Source: Lama glama
Taxonomy: Eukaryota
Length of the DNA: 64,000 nt
Direction of reading: 5' to 3'
Assembly (NCBI GenBank): GCA_028534125.1
Contig: CM052817.1
Coordinates: forward strand, 29,638,001-29,702,000
Positions 37,740 to 51,421 of this stretch are shown piece after piece. The first letter of the stretch is position 1. Every line of letters starts with the position of its first letter. A program made the position numbers and the translations under genes. The notes below the pieces were generated by a model, which saw nothing but the letters and a program-made list of their open reading frames with translations, made no database searches and had not been told where the DNA came from.

Positions 37740-39635
37740 TTATTTATATAATATATTTTCAGATAGTGTTTTATGAAGGTAGTATACTCATATAATTTGA
37801 TAGTGAAAGTATTTGCTTTCCTATATCCATTCAGGCATTGAGATTTACCCGTGTTTCTTTATATTTGCTGCATTATCATTCTTCTTTAGTAAGTTGATTT
37901 TGGTATCTGCTCTCTCCATTTCTTATTTTTATATAATGTTGCTTATTAAATGTGAGTACTTTAATATGTTTCAGTTTTAATTGAGGTAAATATTATTTCT
38001 GATGTTCTGTCTTTTAAAGTTTTAAGTGAATTTTTTCTTTTGTCTTATGATTTCATGTTGATAATATTTATGGGTATTTTTATTTTCCTCTGAAGTTTTA
38101 AGATCAATTTATAATAGCCTTCCTCAGTTCAAGGTTAAAGATATCTTTACTATTTTATTTTACATTTTTATAATTTCTAATTCTATTTTGGAATCATTAT
38201 TTTTGGGTTTTTTTATCATAAAGCATAGTGAATGATAGTGTTTATTATATTTGTTATACCAGATGACATAAGAAGTTATCTTAATACCAATTTGTGAATA
38301 ATTTGTCCTTTATTCCACTGAGTAGAAATTATATTTTAATCATAGAGTAAATGCCTCTAGCTCTGACTTTATATCTGTGCTTTCTGTTCTGTTAAATTGA
38401 TTGAAATGTGAGGCAGAGAACCTGACTTACCTATTCGGCATCCATCACTACCTTTTAACATTGTAAACATTAACTCATTTATGGCCAGAAGGAAAGATCA
38501 TTGTGAGGAAAGATCAGGAGATGAGTCATAATAGCCCTCTATCAGTAACTATAATTGCATTGTTGTCCTAGTGATTAGACAAGAAGTAAGCATGTAATTC
38601 ACTTCTGATAAACGGCATGCTGAAAGAAGACTTTGTCTTTCCTAATAAGAGAAACCATTATAGGAAGGAAGTTTTCTTTCCATGCACACTTTCCTTTCTT
38701 CATGGATTGGTGTTGTGTGAGGACTTGATATTTGTTGCCATGGCAAGCATAGTGTAATAATGAGGAAAGACCAGAATAATTGAGACACATATCTAGGGCT
38801 GCTGAAAAATAAAAATTGAAACTGCTCACTTTGGCATCTCAAGTAAATAATAAAGATCATTTTCATTCAAACCACTGTCAATCAAGCATTCTGTTACCTG
38901 CTGCCAAACTAATACGGTTCTTTTGTTCCCATGCTGGTATCACACTGTTTTAATTATTAAGACCTCAGTATGATTCAATATGAGATAATGAATAATTTTC
39001 TACAAACTTATCCTTATTAATTTTTTTGCTGTTCTCACTTTACATGAGTATTTTTTAAGAAGGACTTTAGACTGTTTATTTCATGTCATAAAAAGATTTT
39101 GAATAAAGTATTAAGAACCTGAATAGAATTACTGGGAATGTATTTATTGGTTTGTAAATCAGGAATATTTTTAGAACATTTATATTTTCAAATTGGCTCT
39201 TATTTGAATCAGCAAAGTTTAATAACTTCTTCATGTAAGCTATGTTAAATACACTGAAGTATTTTGACTTTCATTTACGTTTTAACTAGTCTCTTGACTT
39301 ATTTCTCATACAGCTATTGCGTTTCTTATGTTTCACAAGCTCACAGGAATAATATCCACACATAATAATTTTGACCATTTTTGTATGATATTTTTTCCTT
39401 ACTGTGTTAGTGAGTACTTTCATTTTAATGTTAAATAGTGATGATAGATTCCAGGTTTTATTCCTGACATTAATAGGAATGCTTTGACTATCACCATTAG
39501 GCAAAATACTGGCTTTTGTACTGATACAATTTTTTAAATCATTTCGAGAACATATCTAGATAATCTTATCATGGGTTCTTTATAATTTTTATATATTTTA
39601 TTGGGATGATCTTATAGGTTGTCCTATTGATCTAT
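37740..39635 (-). mobile_element. Old decayed L1 (L1ME-like) ORF2 fragment, interrupted by an LTR
   Basis: Degenerate antisense ORF2 motifs. ORF 39286..39504 weakly echoes the RT region. The element resumes after 43595. Confidence 0.55.
38407..38915 (+). mobile_element. Probable old LTR (MaLR/ERVL-like)
   Basis: Starts TGTGAGG. Has AATAAA and ends in a MaLR-like TTCTGTTACCTGCTGCCAAACTAATAC. Interrupts the surrounding L1 sequence. Confidence 0.5.
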
Positions 39636-39650
39636 AAAAATCTTAACTTA

Positions 39651-42600
39651 GCTGGGTGCAGTGAAGATGGCATAATCAGACCCTGAGCTCACCTTCTCCC
39701 ATAGACACATCAAAATTATGACTATTTACAGAGCAACTATCTATGAAATGACCTGAAGATGAGCAGAAAAAAATTTCTACAACTAAAGATGTAAAGAAGG
39801 AACCACAAGATAAATAGGAGGGTGCAGAGATGTAGTGTAGTGAGGACTCACACCACTGGTTAAAGACCCACAAGTGAGAGAATAATCACAATTGCAGATG
39901 TTCTCCCCAAGGAATAAAGAGTCCAAGTCCTACAGAAGGCTCCCCAGCCCAGAGGTCCTGCACCAGGATGACAAGACCTCAGAACATCTGGCTTTGAAGA
40001 CCAGCAAGTCTTGTTTAAGAGAGAGCTGGAGGGCTGTAGGACACAGAGCCTCCACTCTTAAAAGGCATGCGTAAAATTTCACATGCTGTCAGTCCCACTG
40101 CAGGATAGTAATTTGAAAGGAGACTTGGTAAGATCCACTTGCTGATCTTGGAGGGCCTCCAGAGGAGCAGGAGGCAATTGGGACTCACTGTGGGAACACT
40201 GATGCTGATGGTAGCCATTTTACGGAGCTCATTTTACCACAAGGACACTAGTGCTTGCGGGCAGCATTTTGGAGTCCTTCTTCTAGCCTGAAGCACTGAG
40301 AGCTTACCTGCCTATGAACAGACCAATACCAGTCCCAGGAACTCCTGTGCTGCACAATTAGCCAACCCAGACCTGGCCCTGCCCACCAGGCGGTTCATAG
40401 CTACTACAAGAGACAGAGTCTAGCAGCCAAATGGGCTGAGAACCAGCCCCACCTATCAGTGTGCTTATTATAGTCACCCCCACAACAACAGAATGGCCCA
40501 CACAGCCCACATTGGGCACCCCTAGTGTATATATCTCTGGTGGTCAGAGTGGACTATGCTGCTGGGCTCTGCAGTATGTCTTCTACAAAAAACTACTTCT
40601 CCAAGATTGGGAAACATGATCAATCTACCCACTTCATAGACATAAGCAGAGAATCAGGCAAAATGAGGAGACAGAAGACTATGTTCCAAATAAATATGAA
40701 GACCAAGCTTCAAAAAAGAACTAAGTGAATTGGAGATAAGATGTCTAGGTGATGAAGAGTTCAAGTAATGATCCAAAAGGTCCTCAACAGATTTGTGAGA
40801 CTGAATTAAGGAGAGAGAGAAAATATAAACATACTGATTACTAGTAATTAAATTAAATCAGTAATAAAAAAAAAATCTTAACAAAGTCCAGGACCCGACA
40901 GTTTCACAGGTGAATTCTACCAAACATTTATAGGAGAATTAACATCTATCCTTCTGAAACTATTGCAGAAAATTGAATAAGAGGGGACACTCCAAACTTA
41001 TGTTTTGAGGTTAACATAACCCCAATACCAAACTCATATAGAGACACACAAAGGAAGAACATTACAGCAAGTGTCACTGATGAACATAGATATAAAAATC
41101 CACAACAAAATATCTGCAAACCAAATTCAACAATATGTTAGAAGAATCATACAACATGATTGAGTGGAATTTATCCCTGGGATGCAAAGATGATTCAAAA
41201 TCTGCAAATTAATCAACATGATTTTACAACATTAACAAATTGAAAAATAAATATCATGTGATCACTTCAAATACAGAAAAAGCTTTTGACAAAATTCCAA
41301 ATCCATTTATGATAAAAACTCTCCACAAAGTGCATGTGGAGAGAACATATTCAACATAATGAAGTCCATATATGACAAACCAAAAGCCAACATCATATTC
41401 AATAGTGAAAAGCTCAAAGCATTTTCTCTAAGATCAGGAACCAAAGAAGGATGTCCACCCTCTCCAGTTCTAGTCAACATAGTATTGAAAGTCCTAGCCA
41501 TGGCAATAAGAAGAAAAATAAATAATAGAAATCAAGAGGTAAAACTGACACTGTTTGCAGATGACATGATACTATACATAGTAGGTCCTGAAGATGCCAC
41601 CAAAAGACCTATTAAAAATAATAAATTGATTTAATAACATTACAGTATACAAAATTAACATGCAGAAATCTGTTGTGTTTATATATATCAACAACTAATA
41701 TCAGAAAGAGAAATTAAGAAAATGATTCCATTTGTAATTTTATTGAAAAGAATAAAATATCTTGGAGTAAATCTAAATAAAGTGGTGAAAGACCTGAAGT
41801 TGAAAAACTGTAAGACATTAATGAAAGAAATCTGAGATGACACCAACATATGGAAAGATATATTGTGCTCCTGGATTGGAAAAATTAATATTGTTAAAAT
41901 GACCATAGTACCCCAGGCAATGAATGGATTCAATGTAATCTCTATCAAAATACTAATAACACAACCAGATAGAAAAATAATTCTCAAACTAAACACAGAA
42001 GATCTCCAAATAGCCAAAACAGTCTTGAGAAAGAAGAACAAAGCTGGAGTTATCACACTCCCTAATTTCAAACTACACTACAGAGCTACAGTAATCAAAA
42101 AAGCAGTATAGTTCTGGAATGAAAATAGACACATAGATCAATGGAACAGAATAGAAAGCCCAGAAATAAGTCTAGACTTATGTGTTCAATTAATCTATGA
42201 CAATGGAGACAAGAATATACAATGGGTAACAGGCAGCTTTTTCAATAAATGTTTTGGGAAAACTGGACAGCTACATGCAAAAGAATCAATCTGGATTACT
42301 TTCTCACACCATATAAAAATAACCTTAAAATTGACTAAAGACCTTAATGTAAGACATGAAACCATTAAACTCTTTAAAGCAAACATAGGCAATACATTCT
42401 TCAACATCAGTCTTAGCAGTATTTTTTGGATCTGTCACCTCAGGCAAGGGAAACAAAACAAAAATAAACAAATGAGGCTACATAAAACTAAGAAGCTTTT
42501 GCACAATGAAGGAGATTATCATTAAAATGAAAGGGAGATTACTGAATGGGAGAAAATAATTGTGAATGATATTCATATATTGTTAATGATATTCATATAT

Positions 42601-43585
42601 TGTGAATGATAAGTGGTTAATATCCAAATTGTACAAATCATTCATACAATTTAACATCAGAAAACAAAAAAACAAACCAACAAAAACCCTGTTAAAAAAT
42701 AGGCAAACGAGTTGAATAGATACCTTTCCAAAGGAGACATACAGATAGCGAACAAGGACATGAAAAGATGCTCTACATTACTAATCATCAGGGAAATGTA
42801 AATCAAAACCACAATGAGGTAGTAGCTCAAACCTATCAGAATGGCTATCATAAAAAAAAAAGAAAAGAAAAAGACAACAAATAACAAGTGTTGGCAATGA
42901 AATAGAGAAAAGGGAACCCTCATTCATTGTTGATGGGATTGTAACTTGGTGTAGCCATTATGGAAAACAATACGGAAATTCTTCAAAAAATTAAAAGTAG
43001 AACTACTATAAAATTCAGCAATTCTACTTCTGGACATTTATCCAAAGAAAGCAAAAAATTAATTCCAAAGTGTGTGTATTATCCTTATTTATTGCAGCAT
43101 TGTATACAATAACCAAGATATGGAAGCAACCTGAGTTCATCAGTAGATTGATGGATAAAGAAATGGAATATTACTCAGTTATTTTAAAGATGAAATCTCA
43201 CTATTTGGGACAACATGGTTGGCTCTAGAGGATATTATGATAAGTGAAATAATTTAGACAAAGAAAGACAAATATGGCATGGTCTCAATTTTATGTGGAA
43301 TCTAAAAACCAAACCAAACAAAAGGAAAACATACTCATAGATTCAGAGAACAAGCAAGTGGTTGCCAGAAGGGAGGGATGGGGTGGTGGGTGAAATATGA
43401 GTAGGGGATTAAGAAGTCTAAATCTTGTATATAAGCTATTAGTCACAAGGATGTAATGTACAGTATAAGGAATATGGTCAATAAGTTGTAATTACTTTGT
43501 ATGAGGTCAGATTGTTACTAGACTTATTGTTGTGATCATTTCATGATATATGAAAATGTCAAATCATTTATGTAACAACCTGAAA
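39651..43585 (+). mobile_element. L1 with 5' UTR, ORF1 start, a large internal deletion, ORF2 RT/C-terminus and 3' UTR
   Basis: 5' UTR start AAGATGGC...CCCTGAGCTCACCTTCTCCCA. ORF1 ATG at 40663 (MRRQKTMFQ). Jump to ORF2 at ~40800. LFADDMILY in ORF 41359..41634. 3' UTR runs to ~43585. Confidence 0.92.
42561..42611. repeat. 20-bp tandem repeat x2.5 inside L1
   Basis: TGTGAATGATATTCATATAT / TGTTAATGATATTCATATAT / TGTGAATGATA. Confidence 0.9.
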
Positions 43586-43974
43586 GTTAACTTGTATCAA
43601 TAGATTTTTCTAATGTTGAGCCATGCTTGCATTTCTGAAATTATTAAATTATACTTTCTATTACTAATTTTTTTCTAGTTATATTTACTATTTATTAATT
43701 TTTATTCAGTATTTATTCTATATAATCTACTATGTTAAATATTATACAATTTAGTATATTTTATGATAGTAGCTGTAGTAAATAACATTTATATTAATTA
43801 CTGTTTACTATTTATTATTCCTTTTACCCTTTCAATAAGTAAAATATCAATATATCATTCTTTTTTCTGATTTTCAATACTGTTTATTGATATTGCATAC
43901 TGCTTGAAACTATTTAAAATGAAATTTCTACAGTGCTGAAATAATCAAAATATTTATGAATTAATCAATGAATT

Positions 43975-44365
43975 TTTCTTAGTAGAATTAATTTTTAGAA
44001 CAGTCTTAGTTTTACAGAAAATTGAAAAGAAAATACAGAGAGGTCCATATATCCTCTCTTCCTTTTACCCAATGTTTTCCCTAACATTAATATGCATTGA
44101 TTGGTGTGATACATTTGTTACAATTGATGACACAAAACTGATAAATTCCTGTTAACTAAAGTTCATAGTTTACATTAGGGTTTACTCATTTTATATAGTT
44201 CTATGAGTTTTGATAAACAAATGTGCATCTTCTAATACAGTACCATACACCATAGTTTGACTGCCCTAAAAACTTCCTGTACTCCACTTAATCATCCCCT
44301 GCCCCCACCCTGAAACCCCTGGCAACCACTAATCTTTTTGCTGCCTCTGTAGTTTTGCCTTTTTG
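43975..44365 (-). mobile_element. L1MC-like 3' UTR fragment
   Basis: TTTTTAGAACAGTCTTAGTTTTACAGAAAATTG...AACCCCTGGCAACCACTAATCTTTTT. Confidence 0.85.
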
Positions 44366-46303
44366 TTTTTAAACTTTTAAAAAAAAATCCTTGCTTTTTA
44401 AGATTGAGTGATGCAGTTTTAAAGCAAACATTTGAGTGACATGAATTGATCTGAGTCAATTCAGTAAGAACTGTAATGTGTTATATCTGTATGAGGACAT
44501 AGAAGTATTGAGTAAAGTAATATAGCCAACCCAGTTGAGCTGGTGTTCTTTTATATTCTAGATCTGCCAACAGCGTTGGTGCCTATGCTAGACACAAACA
44601 GCAAAGTTTGCCTCAGTCATTCCTATCTCAAAAATTTTACATCTCTGTTTCTTTTAAAACTTGCCAGCAGCTAGTGCAATATATATATTTCAATGCTTTA
44701 GGTCAAACTTGTAGGAGTATTTACAATTAGTAGAGATATTCTGTAGGCATGTGCCACCACTAACTCTCCTTGTTCAGATATACAATAAGTTTTTATCAAG
44801 GAGAAGCCATGCATCATTGTGCTAGACTGTGAAGATGCAAAGGATAGAAAGTGAAATTAATTTAAATAAATAAAAATATTTTATCTCAAATTTTCTTAAA
44901 AATGTGGTTACAAGTCTTTGCAAGCATTCTGAATGTATCATATTTCTTTCCGTAAAATAAGATCCCCATATTTTACTCTGCTTAGGGTTTTGTTTGGAAG
45001 AATTTGGTAGAATGTGTAAGGAGGATGACCCAAACTCTCAATTTAAAAAAAAATGTATATATATATATATTTATAGAATATTTATTCTCTAATATCTGTG
45101 CCATGTAAAATTGGTTTTGCATTCTAGTGAAAAATAAATCAAAAGTTTTTGAAAACAGCTTCCATAAATAAGATATATAAATTAATGCTTATGAAGTTTG
45201 AGACCTAAATGATAAGCTTCAGAAAGCTTTTTGGAGTTTGTTCAGCTAATTTCTCATACTTCATTTGCTGAGAAAATGAGAGGAGATGGCTAGAGTTCTA
45301 AATATCGATTAAATCACAGAGAAAAATAGAAAGCTGATGACTCACTAATTTTCAGAAGAGCTTTTGTAACTTTATAATATTATCATAAAATGTGCTATCA
45401 AAACATCAATATTTCTCCATATTCATTCAGTCATCATAAATACCATAAACTGAATTTTAACTGGGTTCTATTTTTCTCATTTTTTGTAATTCAGAGTACT
45501 TTACTTAGACTGAATTGCCTCAAATTTCAAGAAATTCTTGAAATATTGCTAGATTAATTATACTTTAACAATCAATATTTAGTGGGCAGGGTATTCAATG
45601 GCCTTTCAAAAACAATATGACATAAATATTTGCATTTGAAAAATGTGATAAAAATTTTAAAGGTTATTTTCAGAATTTTTTTCTCACTTTTTTGGACTAC
45701 AAATATTTCTCTTTAGAAATAAAGTATGTTTTCTATGATTGAAAATATATATTCCCATTATTTACAAATCTTAAAATCTCCAGGAACTGGAATTTGTTCA
45801 AGTTAAACTGTAGTTTTCAAAATGATTAAACAAATTCATTGAAGGTGACTTTTTTTCATCAGAAAAGGTGATGGAAAGAGATACTGTGTCTAAAATACTT
45901 CATACATAACTTACTATTGAATTATTTATGTCAGATTACAGTTTATGCATTTGTTTCATGTATGAATAGGTGTTTCTCCTCAAATATCTTATAAACTCTC
46001 TGAGTGCATATCTTTTATTTTTTTTATTGCACCTAACCTGGTGTTAAACATGGACTAGATATCGAAACTATACTTGGTAATTGTTTATGGAATTTCTCCT
46101 TTTGAATGTGAAAAAAACTGTCACAATAGTTCAGTGATATTTTTACTTATAACATAATGTGTTTCTACATGTTTTAAAATATTTTTTATAATTAGCATTC
46201 TCTGTGCATGGCAATATTAAAAGTAAAATACAAAAAGATTCAACACCAAGTTAACATTATTTCCCCTTACCATGTGGATCAGATAGCTTCTCAAAGTTGG
46301 TTT

Positions 46304-46792
46304 TGTTACCGAATCGAACTTGGGTCCCCACGCTGGTAAAGCCAACCTACTGATACTGGGTTCTTGTGAAGGAAAGTGCAGCATTTATTGTAAAGGCACC
46401 AATACAAGGAAGAAGGGTGGCTCTTGCTCTAAAACCCAGAGCTCTCTGAAGGGTTTCAGCAAAGCATTTTTAAAGGCCAGGCTAGGGAGGGAGGTCCCAG
46501 CGTAAGTGATCAGCTCATGGACAATTCTTTGATTGGCTGATGATGAGATAACAGGGTGGTGTCACAGGGTGACCCACATGATCAATTCTTAGGCTCCAGG
46601 AGGCCTGGGGCTGTTAGCTCCTGGTCATCAAGTAGTAACATCTTCCTTTTGGTGGGGGCTTTTCACATCTGTAAAACAACTCAGGAAAGGTGCATCAGAT
46701 ACTATTATCTGGGTACTTCAGAGAGGAGCTAAAGGAGAGGATATGGGGAAGAGTCTGCCCAGGAAGGCTCCATGGGGCCCTGCTCAGTTACA
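46304..46792 (-). mobile_element. ERV1-type solo LTR
   Basis: TGTTAC...GTTACA termini. TTTATT (minus-strand AATAAA) at ~46384. CCAAT-type GATTGG. Flanks GTTT/GTAT are a possible 4-bp TSD. Locally GC-richer. Confidence 0.8.
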
Positions 46793-46999
46793 GTATGACT
46801 TTCAGACAGTGTAAATAAATTGATAATCTCCGCTTTTTTGCATCAATGTCTAGCATGAATCAAAACTAAAGAATGAGTTGACCTTTAGAGTAACTCTGGA
46901 GATGTGTATCGCACCTTTCAGTGTATCCAATTCAATAAACGTTTATCATTTTCTAAGAGTAAAGTACTATATTAAGTTGTTGATGAATAGTAACACAAG

Positions 47000-47991
47000 C
47001 CCTGGTTGACAAATATTAATCAGTCAATCTAAGGAAGAAATTGAAATTTTTACTTAAGCTAAATTGAGTATTGTAACCAGGTATAGCATCTCAAAAAAGT
47101 AGCAAACTGTTCCTCTGATTATGTTACCATGGGAAGGGGAAAAAGTTGTCAATTCTTTGTCTTACCTGAGAGAAAAAAATTCAAACATTATGTAAACAGA
47201 AGATTTTATTAGTACAGCAAAAGGTAGTAAAGTACACCTTTGAGAATTGAAGACAGGCCAACCCAAGAGAGGAAAATAGTGCCGCTCCTTTGCTTCTCCT
47301 GTCTTATATCCTGGCTTAGGGGTGTTCTCATGATTGATTGATGGCTCACGTCCCTTGAATGTTTAGGCATGCTTGTCACCTTTACACATGCTCTTACCCA
47401 TGATGCACACAGAAAAGCCCATGGAACGGGGCCCAAACCCCAATGCTCATTACATTATAATGAGCATTGGGTTATGTTAAGTCAGGTCGTGTGTAGTCAC
47501 AGCATCAGATTCTGACTGACTTCTTTGTTGACACCCATTGAGAGAAAATAAACTCCTTGAACACCTCTGAGCACAGGTGTATCATCATCTTCTGGATTAT
47601 TCCCTACCCTTTCTTCTCCCCGCTGCCTGGTGCTCATTTCTATCTAATGGCCTAACAGAAGTCAAGGCACAGTTATGTAAGTTTTTTGATTCAAAGGGTT
47701 GTACAGTAATGATGTATTATCCACAGTTCACACAATCCAGACCTAATAGTCATTGTGGCCCCTTACAAGATCAAGAAGGAATGTATCTTTTAAGGAGTTG
47801 TCTAATTGATGCTAGCAGAATGTTGCTCTTTATGGTTGAGCAGGTTATTTCTGCCAATGGGGGAAGTTTGGTCAGTGCATAATGCAGATACACAATGCAC
47901 AGTAGAGCTGAGAGAGGAGGCCAAGGAAACAAATTTTTTTTTAATTTTTCAATTTTTCTTGTCCTGTCATAAAATATGAATTTTATTTCAC
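47000..47991 (-). mobile_element. MER41-like ERV1 LTR split by a second LTR
   Basis: The left part ends at ...AACTGTTCCTCTGATTA and resumes at GAAGTCAAGGCACAGTTATG. Terminus TTTTATTTCACA. Confidence 0.6.
47122..47658 (-). mobile_element. Nested ERV solo LTR
   Basis: TGTTA...TAACA inverted termini. TTTATT at ~47205. Confidence 0.7.
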
Positions 47992-50900
47992 ACACTATAT
48001 GTATAACTTGAGCAACATCTTATGCACTAAATAGAAGCATTACGAAGTTATAGTGCTATTTGAAGCTTGAAAATATTACAAAGAAAAAAATAAAGAGACG
48101 CTCTCTTTGGTTCAGGTTAGCTGACGGAAAATATTAAATGTGGTACAGCCTGAAAAGCAATTATATCTCTCATTTATTTAAACACCTACTACATGCATCA
48201 TAATGCTAGGTATTATATATCTATTTTAGAAAAATATTTGTTATACATCTATGCATATGGAAAAGCCAGTCTTTAGCAGAAGTATAGAATGTTTCTTGAC
48301 ATATTCCTAATATTCTGAATATCAGGCAAAAATAGTTTCCTATTTTTCAATTATTAGTGAATGCTTAGAAGCACAAACATTAGTTAAAGCACATGATAAA
48401 TTTATGTATTCTTTTGTTAAGCTTTGTGTTTATGATGTTTTGGAATCCTTTCAATATGGAATGGGAATATAAAAAATATTGTCTGTTATATAATGAAACA
48501 AGTCTTGATTTTTCAACATTGTATTTTAAGTGCTAAATATAGCTTTTGGCAAATTTTTGAATAAATGAGGGAATTATTTTTTAATGTGTGAATTTTTTTG
48601 AACACAATTATTTGCTAACTCTTGATCAAAGAACCTCACTCCTTTAATGCTAAGATATTGGCATTTAAACAAGTGAACATTTCTAGAAGTATGCATCAAG
48701 AGATGTAGAAATAATGCATAAACTTAACATAACCCATGAGATCATTCAAACATAGAACTTAATTCAAAACACTTAAAAACCTGTATGATATTTGTGGAGA
48801 CCAATCAGAGTGAATACTTTCTATGTCACTAGCATCCCCTGTTGTGTTGGATGTTCATCTTAGAGTTCTGCAGCATCTGAATGTTGTGGGTGAGGCATTC
48901 TTGGGGTGGACAGAGCAGCTTGGAAAATGGGGGGAGGGATGTGACGAAGTTGCAGATGATAAAATAATTTACTATTTCTACAATTGATATGTCAATACTG
49001 GGACCTTGAGGTAAAATATCAGTCTAGAGATAGATCTTGATCAATACAGATGACAAATTAATACTCAATAGTTTAAAAGTTGGGAATTTTTTACCCAGGC
49101 TTTTGCAAAATTTTACTCTTCAAATCCTCTGTTAGATCCATGTCAAACGTTAAAAATTTACTCAGATGGTAGACTTTCTGATATTAAACATATAATTATA
49201 ATTAACATGGGCTTGGAATACTAAAGCTTTATGAACTAATGGCTTGCAAACAGTGTCCATACCTAAAAGTCATGTTATTTTACTAATATGTTACATTCTG
49301 AAAAACTTTCGTTTTTTCCAAAGTTGTGCACTAGGACTAAGATGAATAACCCTAATTTAAACTATTTTTGGAATTGTGGCAATTCACCCTTTGTGAAATT
49401 AGCATCGAACTGTTTGCCTTTGTTTTCTAATAGATAAGACTGCCAGCTGTTTTGTATTTTCTGATAACAGCTTTTGTATCTGTTCTTAATGCTTGCAGTT
49501 GTTGAATTATTTTAAAATTATTTTTAAAGCTAAAGCATATGTTCTAAAATTTAATGAAAGTATTTTTATTTACTTGAACATGTAGCTTAACTCCTTTTCT
49601 TCCTTCTTTTATTCCTTTCTGCAGAAGCCTAGAGTAGTGCTGATAATAGCTTAGTTATGGACTTTTTCTATGTAGATGGCTTTATCTTGCTTGACTTGAA
49701 ATTTTAATGGACACTTTATGAAACTCAAATATGATTAGACATAAATCATGTGAATTACTTGGTGTTTTTCATTTGTAAGGACAAAGATGAGAATATGTGC
49801 TTATAGGTAGCACCAGAATATGACATATCTCTTTAAAATTTAACTCAGGAAAGAAAATCTGCATACTATACCTGAGGAATACAGTATGCAGAACAAAACA
49901 TTTTGTGTTAATTACCTGTAACATTCACACTGAAATTATTGCATTTAAATTTGTAATGATAAAGGGTCACACCTTTCCAACAGTGATCATTTCAAAATAC
50001 TCAAATTATTATATGATAATTAATTATAAATAAAATGAATTACAATGATCCTGGGAAGAAATATATGTTGTTATGGACAGTCATTGGTTCGTTTCTAGTA
50101 AGTACATCTCACAATAAATCACATCTCAAAATATCACCTGGCCATTTTTTTTAACATTTTTATTTTTCAGAAGCCGTTTACTTATTGCCACTTTGTACTA
50201 GATACAACTTTAGTGTTCATAAATCCTAATATATAAAATATATATGTTCAAATGTGTATACATATTTATACAAACATTACATATCTTTATCTCTCTATAT
50301 TATCTCTCTAATCCAAGTTTATAATCTTTGCCTGATTTCTCTCTTTCACTATTACATAGAAAACTTATTTTGTGGGGGAGAATTCATATTTTCAAATTAT
50401 TTTCTGAACACCTGAATGATGATCTGCTGTCTCTTCAAAAAAGTTAAATATTTATTTTAGAGTTATTTGTGATACTTGTCTTCCTCATAATGTTTAAAAT
50501 TCCTCAAATCCTTCCTTCATTCTTTTTAGTACTTTCTCCTACAGCACTCATTTTAGATGTGGGGTCAGAGAGATTGAGTTGAAATCCCCAAAATGTTACT
50601 AATTGAATGGCCGTGCAGATATTCTCCACTTCCTATGGATCTAAATTTCTGTGTTTATAAAGTAAAATTGAACTCTTCTTGTCAGGTCATGAAATAACTG
50701 GAATGTGTCTGATAGAATGCAGACATTAACAAATTATTATGCTTCTATATACTCCACAGATGAACATTTTAATCTATAATCTTATTTATAAATTAAAATA
50801 TAAAAGTCCTAGATAAGAGGCCATGGCATGAAGCACAGTTAGAACAGGAGGGATATGTACCTAAGGAAAGTCCATCTTTAGGGACAACAGCACTCGGTAC

Positions 50901-51329
50901 AAAATACTCTGCAGTAAATTATTTTGAGATCTTACTATGAAATATTGACATGTTACATTTCCCATGCTGGTTTTTTTTATAAGAATAATACTTTTTATAT
51001 ACATTATAATATCTATAGTATAAATTTGAACTGTGAAACAGAATATGTGCATTACATTTTGGTTAAAATGTGTCATGGTATTTGAGCCTACCAAATTTTC
51101 AGGGGCATTTTAGTATTCTTGGGATTTTTGTACAGTTTTATTTTTTCACTTTTCCAACTCTTACCTCCTGTCCTTACTTCCTAGTCTTCTCTCCTTAGTA
51201 TGATTGTTTCCAGAAACTCTTGAATGAGACAGACAAAATCCTTATCATCATGGAACTTACAGCATAGAAAATTGAAAAAGACAAAAATCACTGAAATAAA
51301 TACTAATAAGGTAACTTCATATAATGCAT

Positions 51330-51421
51330 CAGTTAAGACTATAGTGAATAATACTGTACTGTATACTTGAAGTGTGTTTAGAGAGTAGATCTTAAGTTCT
51401 CACCACAAACACACACACAAA
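51330..51421 (+). mobile_element. L1 3' UTR fragment running into the gap
   Basis: GACTATAGTGAATAATACTGTACTGTATACTTGAA...AGAGAGTAGATCTTAAG. Confidence 0.8.

Noticed and set aside
33862..43000. Many ORFs with RT and ORF2 motifs as a functional gene or active retroelement
   Set aside because: All are short, frameshifted and stop-riddled pieces of decayed L1 copies. No intact ORF1 or ORF2 is present.
30240..50175. Isolated strong plus-strand acceptors (~30267, ~37127, ~49624, ~50170)
   Set aside because: None pairs with a convincing donor and open frame. Such sites are common in AT-rich DNA.
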